A stretch of 64,000 bases of DNA from assembly GCA_964575955.1 (NCBI GenBank), contig CAZNTG010000015.1:19943-83942 (forward strand), written 5' to 3'. Below are positions 30,584-40,471 of this stretch, piece by piece. Numbering within the stretch: position 1 is the first letter of the stretch; the number at the start of each line of letters is the position of its first letter. Source of the DNA: an uncultured Thermoproteaceae archaeon. Its GTDB lineage: Archaea; Thermoproteota; Thermoprotei; Thermoproteales; Thermocladiaceae. The position numbers and the translations under genes were made by a program. A model generated the notes under the pieces. The model made no database searches and had not been told where the DNA came from. It was given only the letters and a program-made list of their open reading frames with translations.

Positions 30584-31000
30584 CTATCTTAGTATTTCTC
30601 TTATTTTTGAAATATATCTATCAAGTTCAAGTAGTATAAGGCCTAGATTTGCATCATTAGGTGTTAATATTCCTATAAATATCTCTCGTGTATCGATGTT
30701 TATCGGTCTTATAATTAACTTACCTGAGTCTCCCTCAATGAGTATTAAACTTACATTACCATTCTTCAACTGTCTAAATATTCTCCTACTGGAACCAACA
30801 GCTGCCGTAACCATTGCAGATATAGCTCTCTCATCCATCCTCTGCTCTCTAACTCTGTATGAGAATATGACTAGTCCATCAGGTCTTGTTATCACTAGAC
30901 CCTCTATATCTGGACTACATCTCGATACGAAATCCCTAGATATCTCTTCTAACTGTCTAGTAACTGCTTCAGGACCACTAAATGGAAGTTCCGTCGACAT
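30584..31000 (-). CDS. Roadblock/LC7 (MglB-like) protein
   Basis: VITRPDGLVI, ISAMVTA, ILIEGDSG and ANLGLILLEL motifs. Confidence 0.9.
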   Translation of the reverse strand: MSTELPFSGPEAVTRQLEEISRDFVSRCSPDIEGLVITRPDGLVIFSYRVREQRMDERAISAMVTAAVGSSRRIFRQLKNGNVSLILIEGDSGKLIIRPINIDTREIFIGILTPNDANLGLILLELDRYISKIREILR

Positions 31001-31072
31001 ATATCAATTACTCTTGAATTGGAGTTAATAAACATTTACACTTTAGGCAGTTTTAGGGATATATAAATTAGC

Positions 31073-31125
31073 GTGATGAGGGATCCCAGAACTGAGAAAT
31101 TGATGAAGGTCCCCGAGGACGCTGA
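31073..31125 (+). ncRNA. box C/D sRNA candidate 4
   Basis: C GTGATGA 31073, guide GGGATCCCAGAA, D' CTGA 31092, C' TTGATGA, guide AGGTCCCCGAGGACG, D CTGA 31122-31125; all four boxes near-canonical. Confidence 0.88.
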
Positions 31126-31126
31126 T

Positions 31127-31999
31127 ATGATATTTAAGGTTGAGATACCTCTACACGTGTCAGGAATATGGACAATAGAGTGGCATAGAGATGAAGTAGA
31201 GTCAGGATCTAGAGGTGCAGGGTTAGTCCTCGAACCAACAGTTGAAGCATATGTAAAATATCAAAATAACTACAATAATGAAGTGGTAATAAATGGAGAA
31301 AAAATAGAATTAAAAAACTTCAAAGTAATAGATAGATTAATAGAGAGTAGAAGTAGATTTAGAATTGAAGTATTTGCAAAGGCAAGACTTGGATATGGAT
31401 ATGGACTAAGTGCAGCATTGTCAATAATATACTCACTATCTAAAAACATGTTTAAAGATGTTGAAAAATGTCTAAAACTTGCACATATATCTGAAGTTAA
31501 GTGCTTAACAGGTCTTGGAGATGTCATTGCTGAAGTATATGGAGGTGATATAGAAGTTAGATTAAAATCGGGAGCACCAAAAATTGGGAAAATATGTAAA
31601 GTAGTGTTGAGAAAGAAGATTAAGGTTCTAATTACAGAGCTTGAAAAATATTATGAAGATACTAGAGAGATGTTGATGTATAGATTTGAGAGAATTAAGA
31701 AGTATGGATTAAAATTTCTGAATATGTTTATTAAGAATCCAGATATTGAAAATTATATATACACATCATACCTATTCTCTAAAAGTATTGGATATATTAG
31801 AGATGATATTGAGAATTTCTTAAGAAGTTATAAGAGGTATTATGTAGGTTTTTATATTAAGAAGAGACTTTTAGTAGTAATTCCTGAGAAGGATTTTGAA
31901 CTTGATATTAAACAATTACTTTACTCTAAATTTGGTAATTGTAAGGTATTCTATACTACTAGTAATGGATTGAGAATAGTTAGCCAAGGCTTCCTCTAA
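31127..31999 (+). CDS. pantoate kinase (GHMP kinase family)
   Basis: PLHVSGIW, SGSRGAG, GYGYGLSAA and AHISEV..LTGLGDV motifs; start moved to ATG 31127 after the sRNA. Confidence 0.85.
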   Translation: MIFKVEIPLHVSGIWTIEWHRDEVESGSRGAGLVLEPTVEAYVKYQNNYNNEVVINGEKIELKNFKVIDRLIESRSRFRIEVFAKARLGYGYGLSAALSIIYSLSKNMFKDVEKCLKLAHISEVKCLTGLGDVIAEVYGGDIEVRLKSGAPKIGKICKVVLRKKIKVLITELEKYYEDTREMLMYRFERIKKYGLKFLNMFIKNPDIENYIYTSYLFSKSIGYIRDDIENFLRSYKRYYVGFYIKKRLLVVIPEKDFELDIKQLLYSKFGNCKVFYTTSNGLRIVSQGFL

Positions 32000-33512
32000 C
32001 AATACCTGCCTCTACTAGGTATTTCACACTTTCAGCTTTTCCAAAGTTTTTATAGAAGTAGTGTATTAGTTCTCTATGCTTATCTACCCATTCTTCATGT
32101 ATTGGTTCAACATTTATGTAATTTTTCAATTCTTCTAGATCATCCATGAGTAGTTTAAATGCTTTACTATCCATATACTTTCTAGCCAGTGATATATCTA
32201 GTAGTGCTAGATCAAACTCTAGGTCTTTATATATTATTGGTGATATTTCTCTAATTATCAACTCTAGAGCATCTTTACCAAGTTCCTTCTCAACTCTACT
32301 AAGTCCACGACCAAGTCCTATAATTGTTGGAGGTATACCCATTGTGTATAATGCTGCTACAAAGTTTATTGCTCTTGGAAGTACTATATTTCTATCTTCA
32401 ACAATTTCAACAATTTCTCTATCTTCACTAAACATTGCACTTTCCTGAATACTTCTAGAGTATTTTGTAACATCCATTCTATCTCTCCTCTTTGGTATGA
32501 AGCTATTTATTATTAATATCTTATCTGTCAATCTTACAATTAGTCTTAGATATTCTGCTACAAGTATTTTACATGCTTTCTTTAGAGTATTCTCCTCATC
32601 TTCACCATATATTCTAGGTGCTCTACCAACCTTATCCTGTAGATTTGATAGTACTTCTCTAACAGCATTTGGACCCATGTCAAATCTTATTCCTGACTGT
32701 ATTGTTACTGTGTAGAACCATCTATACGTATCTGCAAACTCGTTAACAGCTTCAGGACTTAGATGACCTCTAAATGGTAGTCTACCAACACCAATTATTG
32801 GGTATATCTTAACACCAAGCTCCTTGCTAAGCTTCCAAAGTTTTGAAAGTGCAATCTTTATACTAATTATAGATGGTGCATGTCCATAGATCATTGCAGG
32901 ATCAGACTTGCCAATCATTATTCTAGCCTCATTCTTCTCTGTAAATAGTGCAGATTCTACAAGCCATCTCCTTATAAGTCTATCAATCTCAAGCATTACT
33001 TCAACATCCTCTATCAATGGAATAACACTAACATCAAAACCAAGTTTTCTACCTGCCTCATCTTCAAGAAGTTTTTGAATATTCCATAATCTTCTCTGAA
33101 GTTTTAGTAATTCATCAGGACTTCCAGTCATTGGATTAATAACATACTTAACAGCTTCAGGAATCTCAATGTTCGTTATTAATGATGATATTAGAACTAT
33201 TAGATGTCTATCAAGATTTTCAAGTCTAGGATTTGGAAGTCTTGGAGTTAGTATGAAATCTCTACCAGCAACATATCCAAGTCTTGTAAGTTCTTCAGCA
33301 ATCCACTTAACTTGATGATATGGTGTTAACTTTCCCTCATAGTCAACCATCTTCTCATCACAACAATAACCACCAGATTCGAAATCCATAATATCCTTAA
33401 CAGCTTCCTGAACTTCCTCATTAGCATCAATACACCTACTAGCAGAATCAGGATGTTGAGTACACATTGCAAGCGGTATACCTATTCTAGATAGCTGCTT
33501 TACTGAACTCAC
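31980..33512 (-). CDS. ppcA: archaeal-type phosphoenolpyruvate carboxylase
   Basis: MCTQHPD, DYEGK, IPLIED, GKSDPA, LPFRGHL, TIQS and LPRAI motifs. Confidence 0.95.
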   Translation of the reverse strand: MSSVKQLSRIGIPLAMCTQHPDSASRCIDANEEVQEAVKDIMDFESGGYCCDEKMVDYEGKLTPYHQVKWIAEELTRLGYVAGRDFILTPRLPNPRLENLDRHLIVLISSLITNIEIPEAVKYVINPMTGSPDELLKLQRRLWNIQKLLEDEAGRKLGFDVSVIPLIEDVEVMLEIDRLIRRWLVESALFTEKNEARIMIGKSDPAMIYGHAPSIISIKIALSKLWKLSKELGVKIYPIIGVGRLPFRGHLSPEAVNEFADTYRWFYTVTIQSGIRFDMGPNAVREVLSNLQDKVGRAPRIYGEDEENTLKKACKILVAEYLRLIVRLTDKILIINSFIPKRRDRMDVTKYSRSIQESAMFSEDREIVEIVEDRNIVLPRAINFVAALYTMGIPPTIIGLGRGLSRVEKELGKDALELIIREISPIIYKDLEFDLALLDISLARKYMDSKAFKLLMDDLEELKNYINVEPIHEEWVDKHRELIHYFYKNFGKAESVKYLVEAGIVRGSLG

Positions 33513-33564
33513 ACAATACTCAAATCTAAAAGTTAGTCACATTTATAAGGTTAATCATGTATCC

Positions 33565-34356
33565 ATGAGAATAATGGTAGATATATATAAGGTTACCGAA
33601 TTCTTAGATAAGTATCTAGGTGTTCAAAATTTTGAAGATATAGACATAGTAGTTAATGGCCTCGAAATTGAAGGTTCTCAAGAAATTGAAAAAGCCATAT
33701 TTGCAGTAAGTCTTACAGAGAGAGTAGTAGACATATGTATAGAAGAGAATTGTAATGCAATATTTCTACATCATGGAATACTACTAAGAGGAAGTAGAGG
33801 TTCAGAAATAATCTTAAAAACAATAAGAGGAAGTTTTAGAAGAATATTAAAGAAAATACTACAAAATGATATAAACATAATAGCATACCACCTACCGCTA
33901 GACGCACATCCAGAAATTGGAAATAATATAACAATAGCAAAAATACTAAATCTAACAAACATAGAGTGGATACCTGAGAAGAGAGGACCACCAATAGGAA
34001 TTGTAGGAGAGTTAGAAAATGAAAGAGATAGAGAAGAAATACTAAAGATAGTTAAAGAGAGAATTAATGAAAAATCGGTACTACTACCTCACGGTCCTGA
34101 AAAAGTTAAGAAAATAGCCATAGTGTCCGGAGCTGGATCAGAGTATGTATATAGATTTAGGAGAGGTGAGATAGATCTACTACTGACAGGCGAGGTTAAA
34201 GAAAGTTGCGAAGTATATGCAATAAATGAGGGAATAAATATCATAGTTGCTGGACATTACCATACAGAGCTAGTGGGAATGCGAAACCTTTCCAAAATTG
34301 TATGTAGTAGATTTAGTATTAGCACTATGGTGGTAGAAGAAAGACAGAACATTTAA
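33565..34356 (+). CDS. Nif3/DUF34 dinuclear metal protein
   Basis: NGLEIEG, LHHG, YHLPLDAHPEIGNN, SGAG and AGHYHTE motifs. Confidence 0.93.
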   Translation: MRIMVDIYKVTEFLDKYLGVQNFEDIDIVVNGLEIEGSQEIEKAIFAVSLTERVVDICIEENCNAIFLHHGILLRGSRGSEIILKTIRGSFRRILKKILQNDINIIAYHLPLDAHPEIGNNITIAKILNLTNIEWIPEKRGPPIGIVGELENERDREEILKIVKERINEKSVLLPHGPEKVKKIAIVSGAGSEYVYRFRRGEIDLLLTGEVKESCEVYAINEGINIIVAGHYHTELVGMRNLSKIVCSRFSISTMVVEERQNI

Positions 34357-34424
34357 CTTTTGCGTTGAATAAACGAAGAAAATGTTTAAAATATACCGAA
34401 TGAAAATCTGTACCATAGATAGGT

Positions 34425-35516
34425 GTGAATGCAAAGAAGTACATTTTGCTTATAATTACTCTAGTTGTTATAATAGCAGTACTCGCATTTTTAACTGTAT
34501 TGAGATATATTAAACAAGGTATATACGTATCTTCACATAAATCTGAGAATGTATTATATAATATTCTTTATGAACTGCTTAAGACTCCAAGTAATGTATC
34601 AATATCATATATGCAATCTTACATAGAAGCATCTTTAAAACTTATTTCAAAAGCCGGCATGCCCTTTAGTGCATATTCGCTCAGACATGTAGTGTTAAAA
34701 TATGTGAATGTCTTTTACACGAAGAAGCCGGGATTTAAAATATTTGGCATTGATGGCAAAGAACTCAACATATGTATAACTAGTAATGTGGGAAGAGAAT
34801 GTACAAATTTTAGCGATTTCATCTACATAATATACATTTCTAATAAAAGTAGTGTTGAATGTTTTAGAGGAAGTGCTACGATATTAATACGCGGTAAGGT
34901 ATATAGATTATCAACACACGGAGTATGTATAACTCTGAGATACAACATTACACCAGATGAATTATATAGAGTATACTTAACATCTTTACGAAATATGCTA
35001 AACTTAGCTAAGTGTTTAGATGGCCTATGTAATCTAAGGGGTACTGTGAATTATGTACACATGCTAAAGTACTATATTACTAGTCAATTAGCTAGATCGA
35101 ATGTAGCTTATGTAGGAATAGTTAAGGTATATAAGGAAAGTAGTAGCTTACTAAAATTGCTTAAGCTCAATCTGTGGAAAATAGATTCCTCCGTGAATGT
35201 AAGTAAACATGAGCTTAGTGCAGAGGGGAAATTATATTCCTTAAGCAAAAATGTTAAGTGTGAAGTAAGCTTCAAGATAGTAGAAAACTATACTCTTACT
35301 AGGAGAATTAATACTAAGTATATACTTTCAATAATTAATAAGATGGAGAGGTTGAATATAAACACATTGTTACTAAAGAAATCTCTAAAAATAAAGTACT
35401 TATTATATGCAATAACACTGTTAAGAAATGTATCCATACCCACACCTCTAGTTAGTGTATACATAATGCCGGCTGAATTATCTCTCCTTATATCCCTACT
35501 GTATAAATACATATAG
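34425..35516 (+). CDS. membrane-anchored or secreted hypothetical protein
   Basis: N-terminal KK plus hydrophobic helix, beta-rich body with Cys pairs and N-x-S/T sequons. Confidence 0.7.
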   Translation: MNAKKYILLIITLVVIIAVLAFLTVLRYIKQGIYVSSHKSENVLYNILYELLKTPSNVSISYMQSYIEASLKLISKAGMPFSAYSLRHVVLKYVNVFYTKKPGFKIFGIDGKELNICITSNVGRECTNFSDFIYIIYISNKSSVECFRGSATILIRGKVYRLSTHGVCITLRYNITPDELYRVYLTSLRNMLNLAKCLDGLCNLRGTVNYVHMLKYYITSQLARSNVAYVGIVKVYKESSSLLKLLKLNLWKIDSSVNVSKHELSAEGKLYSLSKNVKCEVSFKIVENYTLTRRINTKYILSIINKMERLNINTLLLKKSLKIKYLLYAITLLRNVSIPTPLVSVYIMPAELSLLISLLYKYI

Positions 35517-35630
35517 TGTATAAAATTGTAACTCTTCTAAAGTCAACCTCATCACATAGCAACATTCTACTCGAGGAACAAAATAGTAATAAATCTCTAT
35601 ACCGATATAGAAGTTAGAGGTGAAGCATCT

Positions 35631-36008
35631 ATGAATGCTCATAAATTCTCAGATAGAAAGAAGACAGATCTGAGTAATGAGGTCGCTAGAATACTAGACG
35701 ACGTAAAGAAATTCCATGTACATAAGGCTGATGGTACAACTGTAGAGGAGGTTGTTTCAGCACTTCAAGAAGTTGAAAGTGTTATAAAACAGAGGGATTT
35801 CGAGGATAAGACCATGATAACAGAGCTCTCTAAACTAGATTTTGAAGAACTAAGAAGAAAAAGAGATTTTTTGATAACTCAAACAAGAAGTCTACTGAGA
35901 GATATTTATGTACTTTCATCGCAAATACGAAAGAATGTAAGACTTATAAAAATGATAAATAGAATACTTGAAAAGAAACTTCTAGAGAAGAGAAGCAGCG
36001 AGCTGTAA
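35631..36008 (+). CDS. cytoplasmic coiled-coil protein
   Basis: GAGGTGA Shine-Dalgarno upstream; charged heptad-rich sequence without TM helix. Confidence 0.7.
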   Translation: MNAHKFSDRKKTDLSNEVARILDDVKKFHVHKADGTTVEEVVSALQEVESVIKQRDFEDKTMITELSKLDFEELRRKRDFLITQTRSLLRDIYVLSSQIRKNVRLIKMINRILEKKLLEKRSSEL

Positions 36009-36013
36009 ATACA

Positions 36014-36868
36014 TCATGAGATTATAAATTTCACATATTCGTCTTCCTCCGTTGACAGAAAATGTTCTGCTATCTTATGTATTATATCGCTTCTATCATT
36101 CTTGATACAGTACATATAGAGTTCTAGGAAGACCTCAGGTAAATCCTTTTCAACTTCTGCAAACTTTAGTCTTCTATAGTTGATCTTGTATATACTTAAT
36201 CCATATTGCCTTCTTATACTCTCTACTTCTTCATAAACTTCTCTCCGTATGTAATCCATCATAGATAACTTTATCTTGTTTAGTATTACCTTTACATTAG
36301 GCTTTCTATTTAAAAATCGTTCAAGAGCTTCACATTGCTTTTTTAAGTATGCAACATGTTCTTTAACAGGTTCTATGACGAACACTATATCATCAACAAA
36401 CTTCAGTACATTGGCTATGGCTTCATAAAGCCTCATGGATGGTAAGTCAACTATGACAAAGATGTTTCTCTGCTTTAACGCTTGAAATACATCATTGAGA
36501 ATAGAGAAATCCGCCAATTCTTTAAGCTCATCTGGAGATGCATAGCCGGCAGGAATTATTATAAATGGTTTATTGTCGATTTGATATAGTGTTTTCCTGA
36601 TATCGCATTTACCTAACAGGTAATCTAGGAGACCATACCTTCCAGGTTCATTGTGACACGACTTGATTAAATCTCTATAGGATACTTGTCTCGATAATTC
36701 CTGGAGTATTATTCCAATTTGATTCATATCAATGCTTAGATCAACTAAAACGACTTTGTAAGGTATGTCTGGGTTTTCAACTAGTAGTATTGATGTGAAT
36801 ATACTTAGTGTCGTCTTTCCAGTTCCCCCTTTTTCGCCACTATAGAATGCCACAACTTTCGCGCTCAT
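36014..36868 (-). CDS. ParA/MinD-family ATPase 1
   Basis: Deviant Walker A SGEKGGTGKTT, VVLVDL, VIVDLP and VILNK. Confidence 0.88.
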   Translation of the reverse strand: MSAKVVAFYSGEKGGTGKTTLSIFTSILLVENPDIPYKVVLVDLSIDMNQIGIILQELSRQVSYRDLIKSCHNEPGRYGLLDYLLGKCDIRKTLYQIDNKPFIIIPAGYASPDELKELADFSILNDVFQALKQRNIFVIVDLPSMRLYEAIANVLKFVDDIVFVIEPVKEHVAYLKKQCEALERFLNRKPNVKVILNKIKLSMMDYIRREVYEEVESIRRQYGLSIYKINYRRLKFAEVEKDLPEVFLELYMYCIKNDRSDIIHKIAEHFLSTEEDEYVKFIIS

Positions 36869-36931
36869 CTAGAGTAATTGAATTGGAGAAGAGGTTTTAA
36901 TGTGTGTTCGCTTAAACTTAAATATCGAATT

Positions 36932-38365
36932 ATGAAACTGCTTAGAAAAATATACGAATCTCGCACCCGGTATAACTTCAGGACTATATTTGGGAATTCT
37001 ATAACAGTTAGAATAAGTGATGGCATGTATATAGTCGAAGATGAGGAAGAGGAAAAAGTTCCGGAAAGACTATACGAAAAGTATATCATACAGGAAATTA
37101 AACCAAGCCAACTTGTAAGCGATCTTTTAGCAAGAGAGGATTTAACAAGTGCACAAAAGTACTACATCTTCAAGAAGCTAACTTTTGGTATCTTTACAGC
37201 CCCTATATTAGATCCAGAAATAAAAAATATCAATATAAATGATAGATGTTGCATACTAACTCACTCTTTAGGTGATATTATATATGCTGTAAAATATACT
37301 CCGTCGGACGTTGAAAAAGTCAGAGTTGCTCTAGAAAGAGAACTTGAGAAGACATGTTCTCTAACAAATCCTATTCTCGAAGGATCTGTAGCTTTCATAG
37401 ACTTTGTTATGCGTATTAGCGTTACCGCGAGAGGTCTCGGAGTTGCGCCTATGACACAAATATCGATACGTAAGCATGTGAAATCGTACTATACATTAAT
37501 AGACCAAATAAAATCAAAGTTTATCAATACAACCTTGGCCGCATTGCTAGCTCTCAACTGGGCCATGCCAATAAGCGCATCTATGGTTGTATGTGGCCCA
37601 ATGGGAAGTAGAAAAACATCACTATTAGGTTGCTTGATACAATTCGTAGAACCAAACTGTATTGTCGGTATTATTCAAGACGATCCTGAGCTTGATATAC
37701 GTGAGCTACCTGGAATGTATATAGAGTGGCATTGTGCAAGAAAAACTCTCACACATGAGGGAGTGAGAGAAATAAAGTTAGTTGATTTGATATATGCAGC
37801 CTTGAGAAAAAATTATCGAAAAATAATCATTGCAGAGGTTAGAAATCCTGAAGAGATATATGCATACATTCAGCTATTGAAAGTGACGTATGGAGCTGGA
37901 ACAACAATACACGCTCTTAGCATAGATACACTCCAAAAACGTCTTCTATCTGCAAGAGCTGGAGCGTTAACTGTCGATAAATATGATCTAGAACCTATAA
38001 AGATGGCTATCATCTGTGGATTTGCTCAGAGAAAACCTAAACTACTTCAGGTAGCACATGTAGACTTCGTTAAAGAGACGTATACCATGATATCCAAGTT
38101 TGCCGAAGCAGACTGGATAATAGATGAGGAAAAGGTAACTAAGTATGTAAAGGAATTGGCAGATATAAACAATATACCTCAATCTGAAGCTATAGCGCTT
38201 CTAAATGATATAAGAAGATTTCTAGATCTAGCATCAGAGTTAGAGGTCGACCTAGATGCGTATGCATTTAGGAACTACATACTCGACTTGTACAAGTACG
38301 GCTTAGACTACGTTAAGAATGAACTGATTAGACTTATGAGCGAGATAACCGTTATAACTCTGTAA
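36932..38365 (+). CDS. type II/IV secretion (VirB11/TadA/ArlI-like) pilus assembly ATPase
   Basis: PILDPEI..ININ, ISIRK, Walker A GPMGSRKT, Asp box IQDDPEL, ALR..Y..IIIAEVR..E and His box TTIHA; ORF opens at 36878, ATG at 36932. Confidence 0.9.
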   Translation: MKLLRKIYESRTRYNFRTIFGNSITVRISDGMYIVEDEEEEKVPERLYEKYIIQEIKPSQLVSDLLAREDLTSAQKYYIFKKLTFGIFTAPILDPEIKNININDRCCILTHSLGDIIYAVKYTPSDVEKVRVALERELEKTCSLTNPILEGSVAFIDFVMRISVTARGLGVAPMTQISIRKHVKSYYTLIDQIKSKFINTTLAALLALNWAMPISASMVVCGPMGSRKTSLLGCLIQFVEPNCIVGIIQDDPELDIRELPGMYIEWHCARKTLTHEGVREIKLVDLIYAALRKNYRKIIIAEVRNPEEIYAYIQLLKVTYGAGTTIHALSIDTLQKRLLSARAGALTVDKYDLEPIKMAIICGFAQRKPKLLQVAHVDFVKETYTMISKFAEADWIIDEEKVTKYVKELADINNIPQSEAIALLNDIRRFLDLASELEVDLDAYAFRNYILDLYKYGLDYVKNELIRLMSEITVITL

Positions 38366-38946
38366 TGTGGACGCTATATATAGAGGTAGCGGCATTAATA
38401 TTGATCATAGTATTCTCATTAGCAATCTTGTTTATTTACATAGTAAACAATACATACAGTATGATTACATGCTCGTTCGACAAGATTGACATAGTAAATG
38501 TGGGAGAGAGGCTTATAATAACTTCAAGTCCCGAAGATATAGCTGTCCTTATTTACACAATATGTGTTTACTCGATAAATGGGAGCTATGTCTTAAACTA
38601 TACTACTACGACATCGATAACACCTACATATCTACCTTTGCCATCCCGAAACTGTATATATGTAGTATTATCATCTTCAAACTATAATTTAACGTCGGTG
38701 TATACTGGCACACAATCCGGAACTCTTCGTTATACTACATTATATATATCGATGTGCGGCATTCAGTATACCTCACCGGGTTCTGATTGTCAACCTTGGA
38801 TTCTCATCAACATAACATATGATGAAAATGGTTATATAACTAATGTTCAAGTTTTAGACAAAAGTGTCATGTTTACGAAATATTGTGAAGGTATTCCTAT
38901 CCTTTACGAGTGGCTGGGAGGACTTATAAAAGAAGTCGCTAGATAG
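38365..38946 (+). CDS. pilin-like protein (leaderless)
   Basis: N-terminal hydrophobic helix with early Glu (MWTLYIEVAAL), S/T-rich beta domain; coupled to the ATPase stop. Confidence 0.6.
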   Translation: MWTLYIEVAALILIIVFSLAILFIYIVNNTYSMITCSFDKIDIVNVGERLIITSSPEDIAVLIYTICVYSINGSYVLNYTTTTSITPTYLPLPSRNCIYVVLSSSNYNLTSVYTGTQSGTLRYTTLYISMCGIQYTSPGSDCQPWILINITYDENGYITNVQVLDKSVMFTKYCEGIPILYEWLGGLIKEVAR

Positions 38947-38958
38947 TCTACAACAGTA

Positions 38959-39339
38959 ATGTATACTATAATTGATTTACTCTTTGCAGGTCTCATATTT
39001 ATCATTGGCGTAGCAGTGATAATTCTACTTACTATAAGCGGAACTACTATAAACGTGTCATTAGGACAAGGGGTATTAACATGTCTATATAAGTATGTTG
39101 AAAATGGCCTACTAGAAAAACTTCTTGTAGAACATAACTATCTCAGTATTGAGTCCGTGGTTAGAGGTTGCGGAGCAGAAAATGCTATTATAGAGTGCTA
39201 TGACGGAAATTGGCAGCTTATAGAGATATATCCCTCAAACACCATTTTAGGAAAATGTGTTCAATATTTATCTTTAGGTCTCGTTTTTAATACGACAGAG
39301 ATGCAGCGTATTTATGTACTCATCATTTGTATAAAGTAA
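38959..39339 (+). CDS. minor pilin-like protein (leaderless)
   Basis: MYTIIDLLFAGLIFII resembles the T.D..FA..IF N-termini of archaeal minor pilins. Confidence 0.6.
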   Translation: MYTIIDLLFAGLIFIIGVAVIILLTISGTTINVSLGQGVLTCLYKYVENGLLEKLLVEHNYLSIESVVRGCGAENAIIECYDGNWQLIEIYPSNTILGKCVQYLSLGLVFNTTEMQRIYVLIICIK

Positions 39340-39721
39340 TAATCACGTAAAGCTGAGGTTTTCCAGTACCACTTGTAAAGTTATAGTAGGAGTAGCAATG
39401 TATCACGTGAAAACCTTGAGCAATATATAAGTTTCGTGTCTCGGTATACCTTACGTAAGTAACTATATGTACATAATCGGGAAAGGCCACCACTGTCGGA
39501 CCAACTCTCAGCTTATTAAAACTAGGTGTTACAGCTATATTACCACTACTATATACAGCCATGTTAATAGAGGATCCTGGATACTTTATGACAAAATCTA
39601 CGCATTTTACAATGTCAGTCTCAATGTTATAACTGAGTAAAATTTGCTGAACTCCAATAAATATTACACAACACATAATGCAGACAAACAACGTTATCAG
39701 TGCTAACTCGAGGGCATCCAT
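39323..39721 (-). CDS. minor pilin-like protein (leaderless)
   Basis: Start reassigned to MDALELALITLF (ATG 39721), which removes the overlap with the divergent pilin; one N-terminal TM helix. Confidence 0.55.
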   Translation of the reverse strand: MDALELALITLFVCIMCCVIFIGVQQILLSYNIETDIVKCVDFVIKYPGSSINMAVYSSGNIAVTPSFNKLRVGPTVVAFPDYVHIVTYVRYTETRNLYIAQGFHVIHCYSYYNFTSGTGKPQLYVIITLYK

Positions 39722-39764
39722 CAAGTAACCATTAAAAAATTTTGAGAAATTAACGTTTAACAGT

Positions 39765-40346
39765 ATGAAAGAGGTCCGTAAAAGAAACACATTCGGTGGT
39801 ATAAGTACGGTCATAGTAATGGCACTCGTAATTGCAGCAAGTATAGCAATAGCAGTATACTTCATAGCGTACTTCATAGGATTAAGTAGCAGTGTAGCAG
39901 GAACAGCTCAAGCAATAGCAACAGTAGGCAGTTTCTCTACAAGTGGTGTCTCAATAACGGTTAAAAATACCGGCACTGTAGGCATAGAAGGACTTGCCAT
40001 TGAAATTTCAGGAAACGAAACACAATACATAGGAGTCTATTTTAAGAACGGTACGAACTATCTATCAATAGGTTCAGGAAACACTATTACTATCTTCTGT
40101 CAACCAACAACAACGGGTCTCAATTGTACGGCCTCAACATCTCAGCCCGGTATCACAGGATCTATTATAAAAGTCTTCGTAGCGAATGGAACTCCACCCT
40201 CAACATTTAGTGATCTAATTTCCTCAACTAGTACAAATACTATACTCGAGATTAATGCAGGCCAGACATATAAGGTGTCAGTGTTAGTTTACTACGCGAA
40301 TGGAAAGACTCAGTTATTAGCTTTAGGCACATACACGGCCTCTTAG
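39765..40346 (+). CDS. archaeal type IV pilin (probable major pilin)
   Basis: Class III signal MKEVRKRNTFGG|ISTVIVMALVIA, ITVKNTG strand, AGQTYKVSV..NG C-terminus, S/T/G-rich. Confidence 0.85.
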   Translation: MKEVRKRNTFGGISTVIVMALVIAASIAIAVYFIAYFIGLSSSVAGTAQAIATVGSFSTSGVSITVKNTGTVGIEGLAIEISGNETQYIGVYFKNGTNYLSIGSGNTITIFCQPTTTGLNCTASTSQPGITGSIIKVFVANGTPPSTFSDLISSTSTNTILEINAGQTYKVSVLVYYANGKTQLLALGTYTAS

Positions 40347-40471
40347 ACTTAGGTCTTTTCCAATCTCAAAATACCTCACTCTCTAGATTTCTTTCTTACA
40401 CCTTCTGTCTTCTAATCTGTTCTCTTTAGATACTACATTGCTTTACATAAAGTAATTTTTTTAGTTATTAG

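Noticed and set aside
10748-32715. Many antisense ORFs of 60-235 aa in the track (e.g. 10748-11182, 11723-12277, 27040-27672, 28699-29406)
   Set aside because: S/I/F/L-rich mirrors lying within well-supported genes on the opposite strand
35520-35556. GTGATGA box C-like motif on the minus strand
   Set aside because: No properly spaced D', C' or D boxes
39722-39877. N-terminal extension of the 184-aa minus ORF
   Set aside because: Overlaps the major pilin on the opposite strand; ATG 39721 gives a clean pilin-like start
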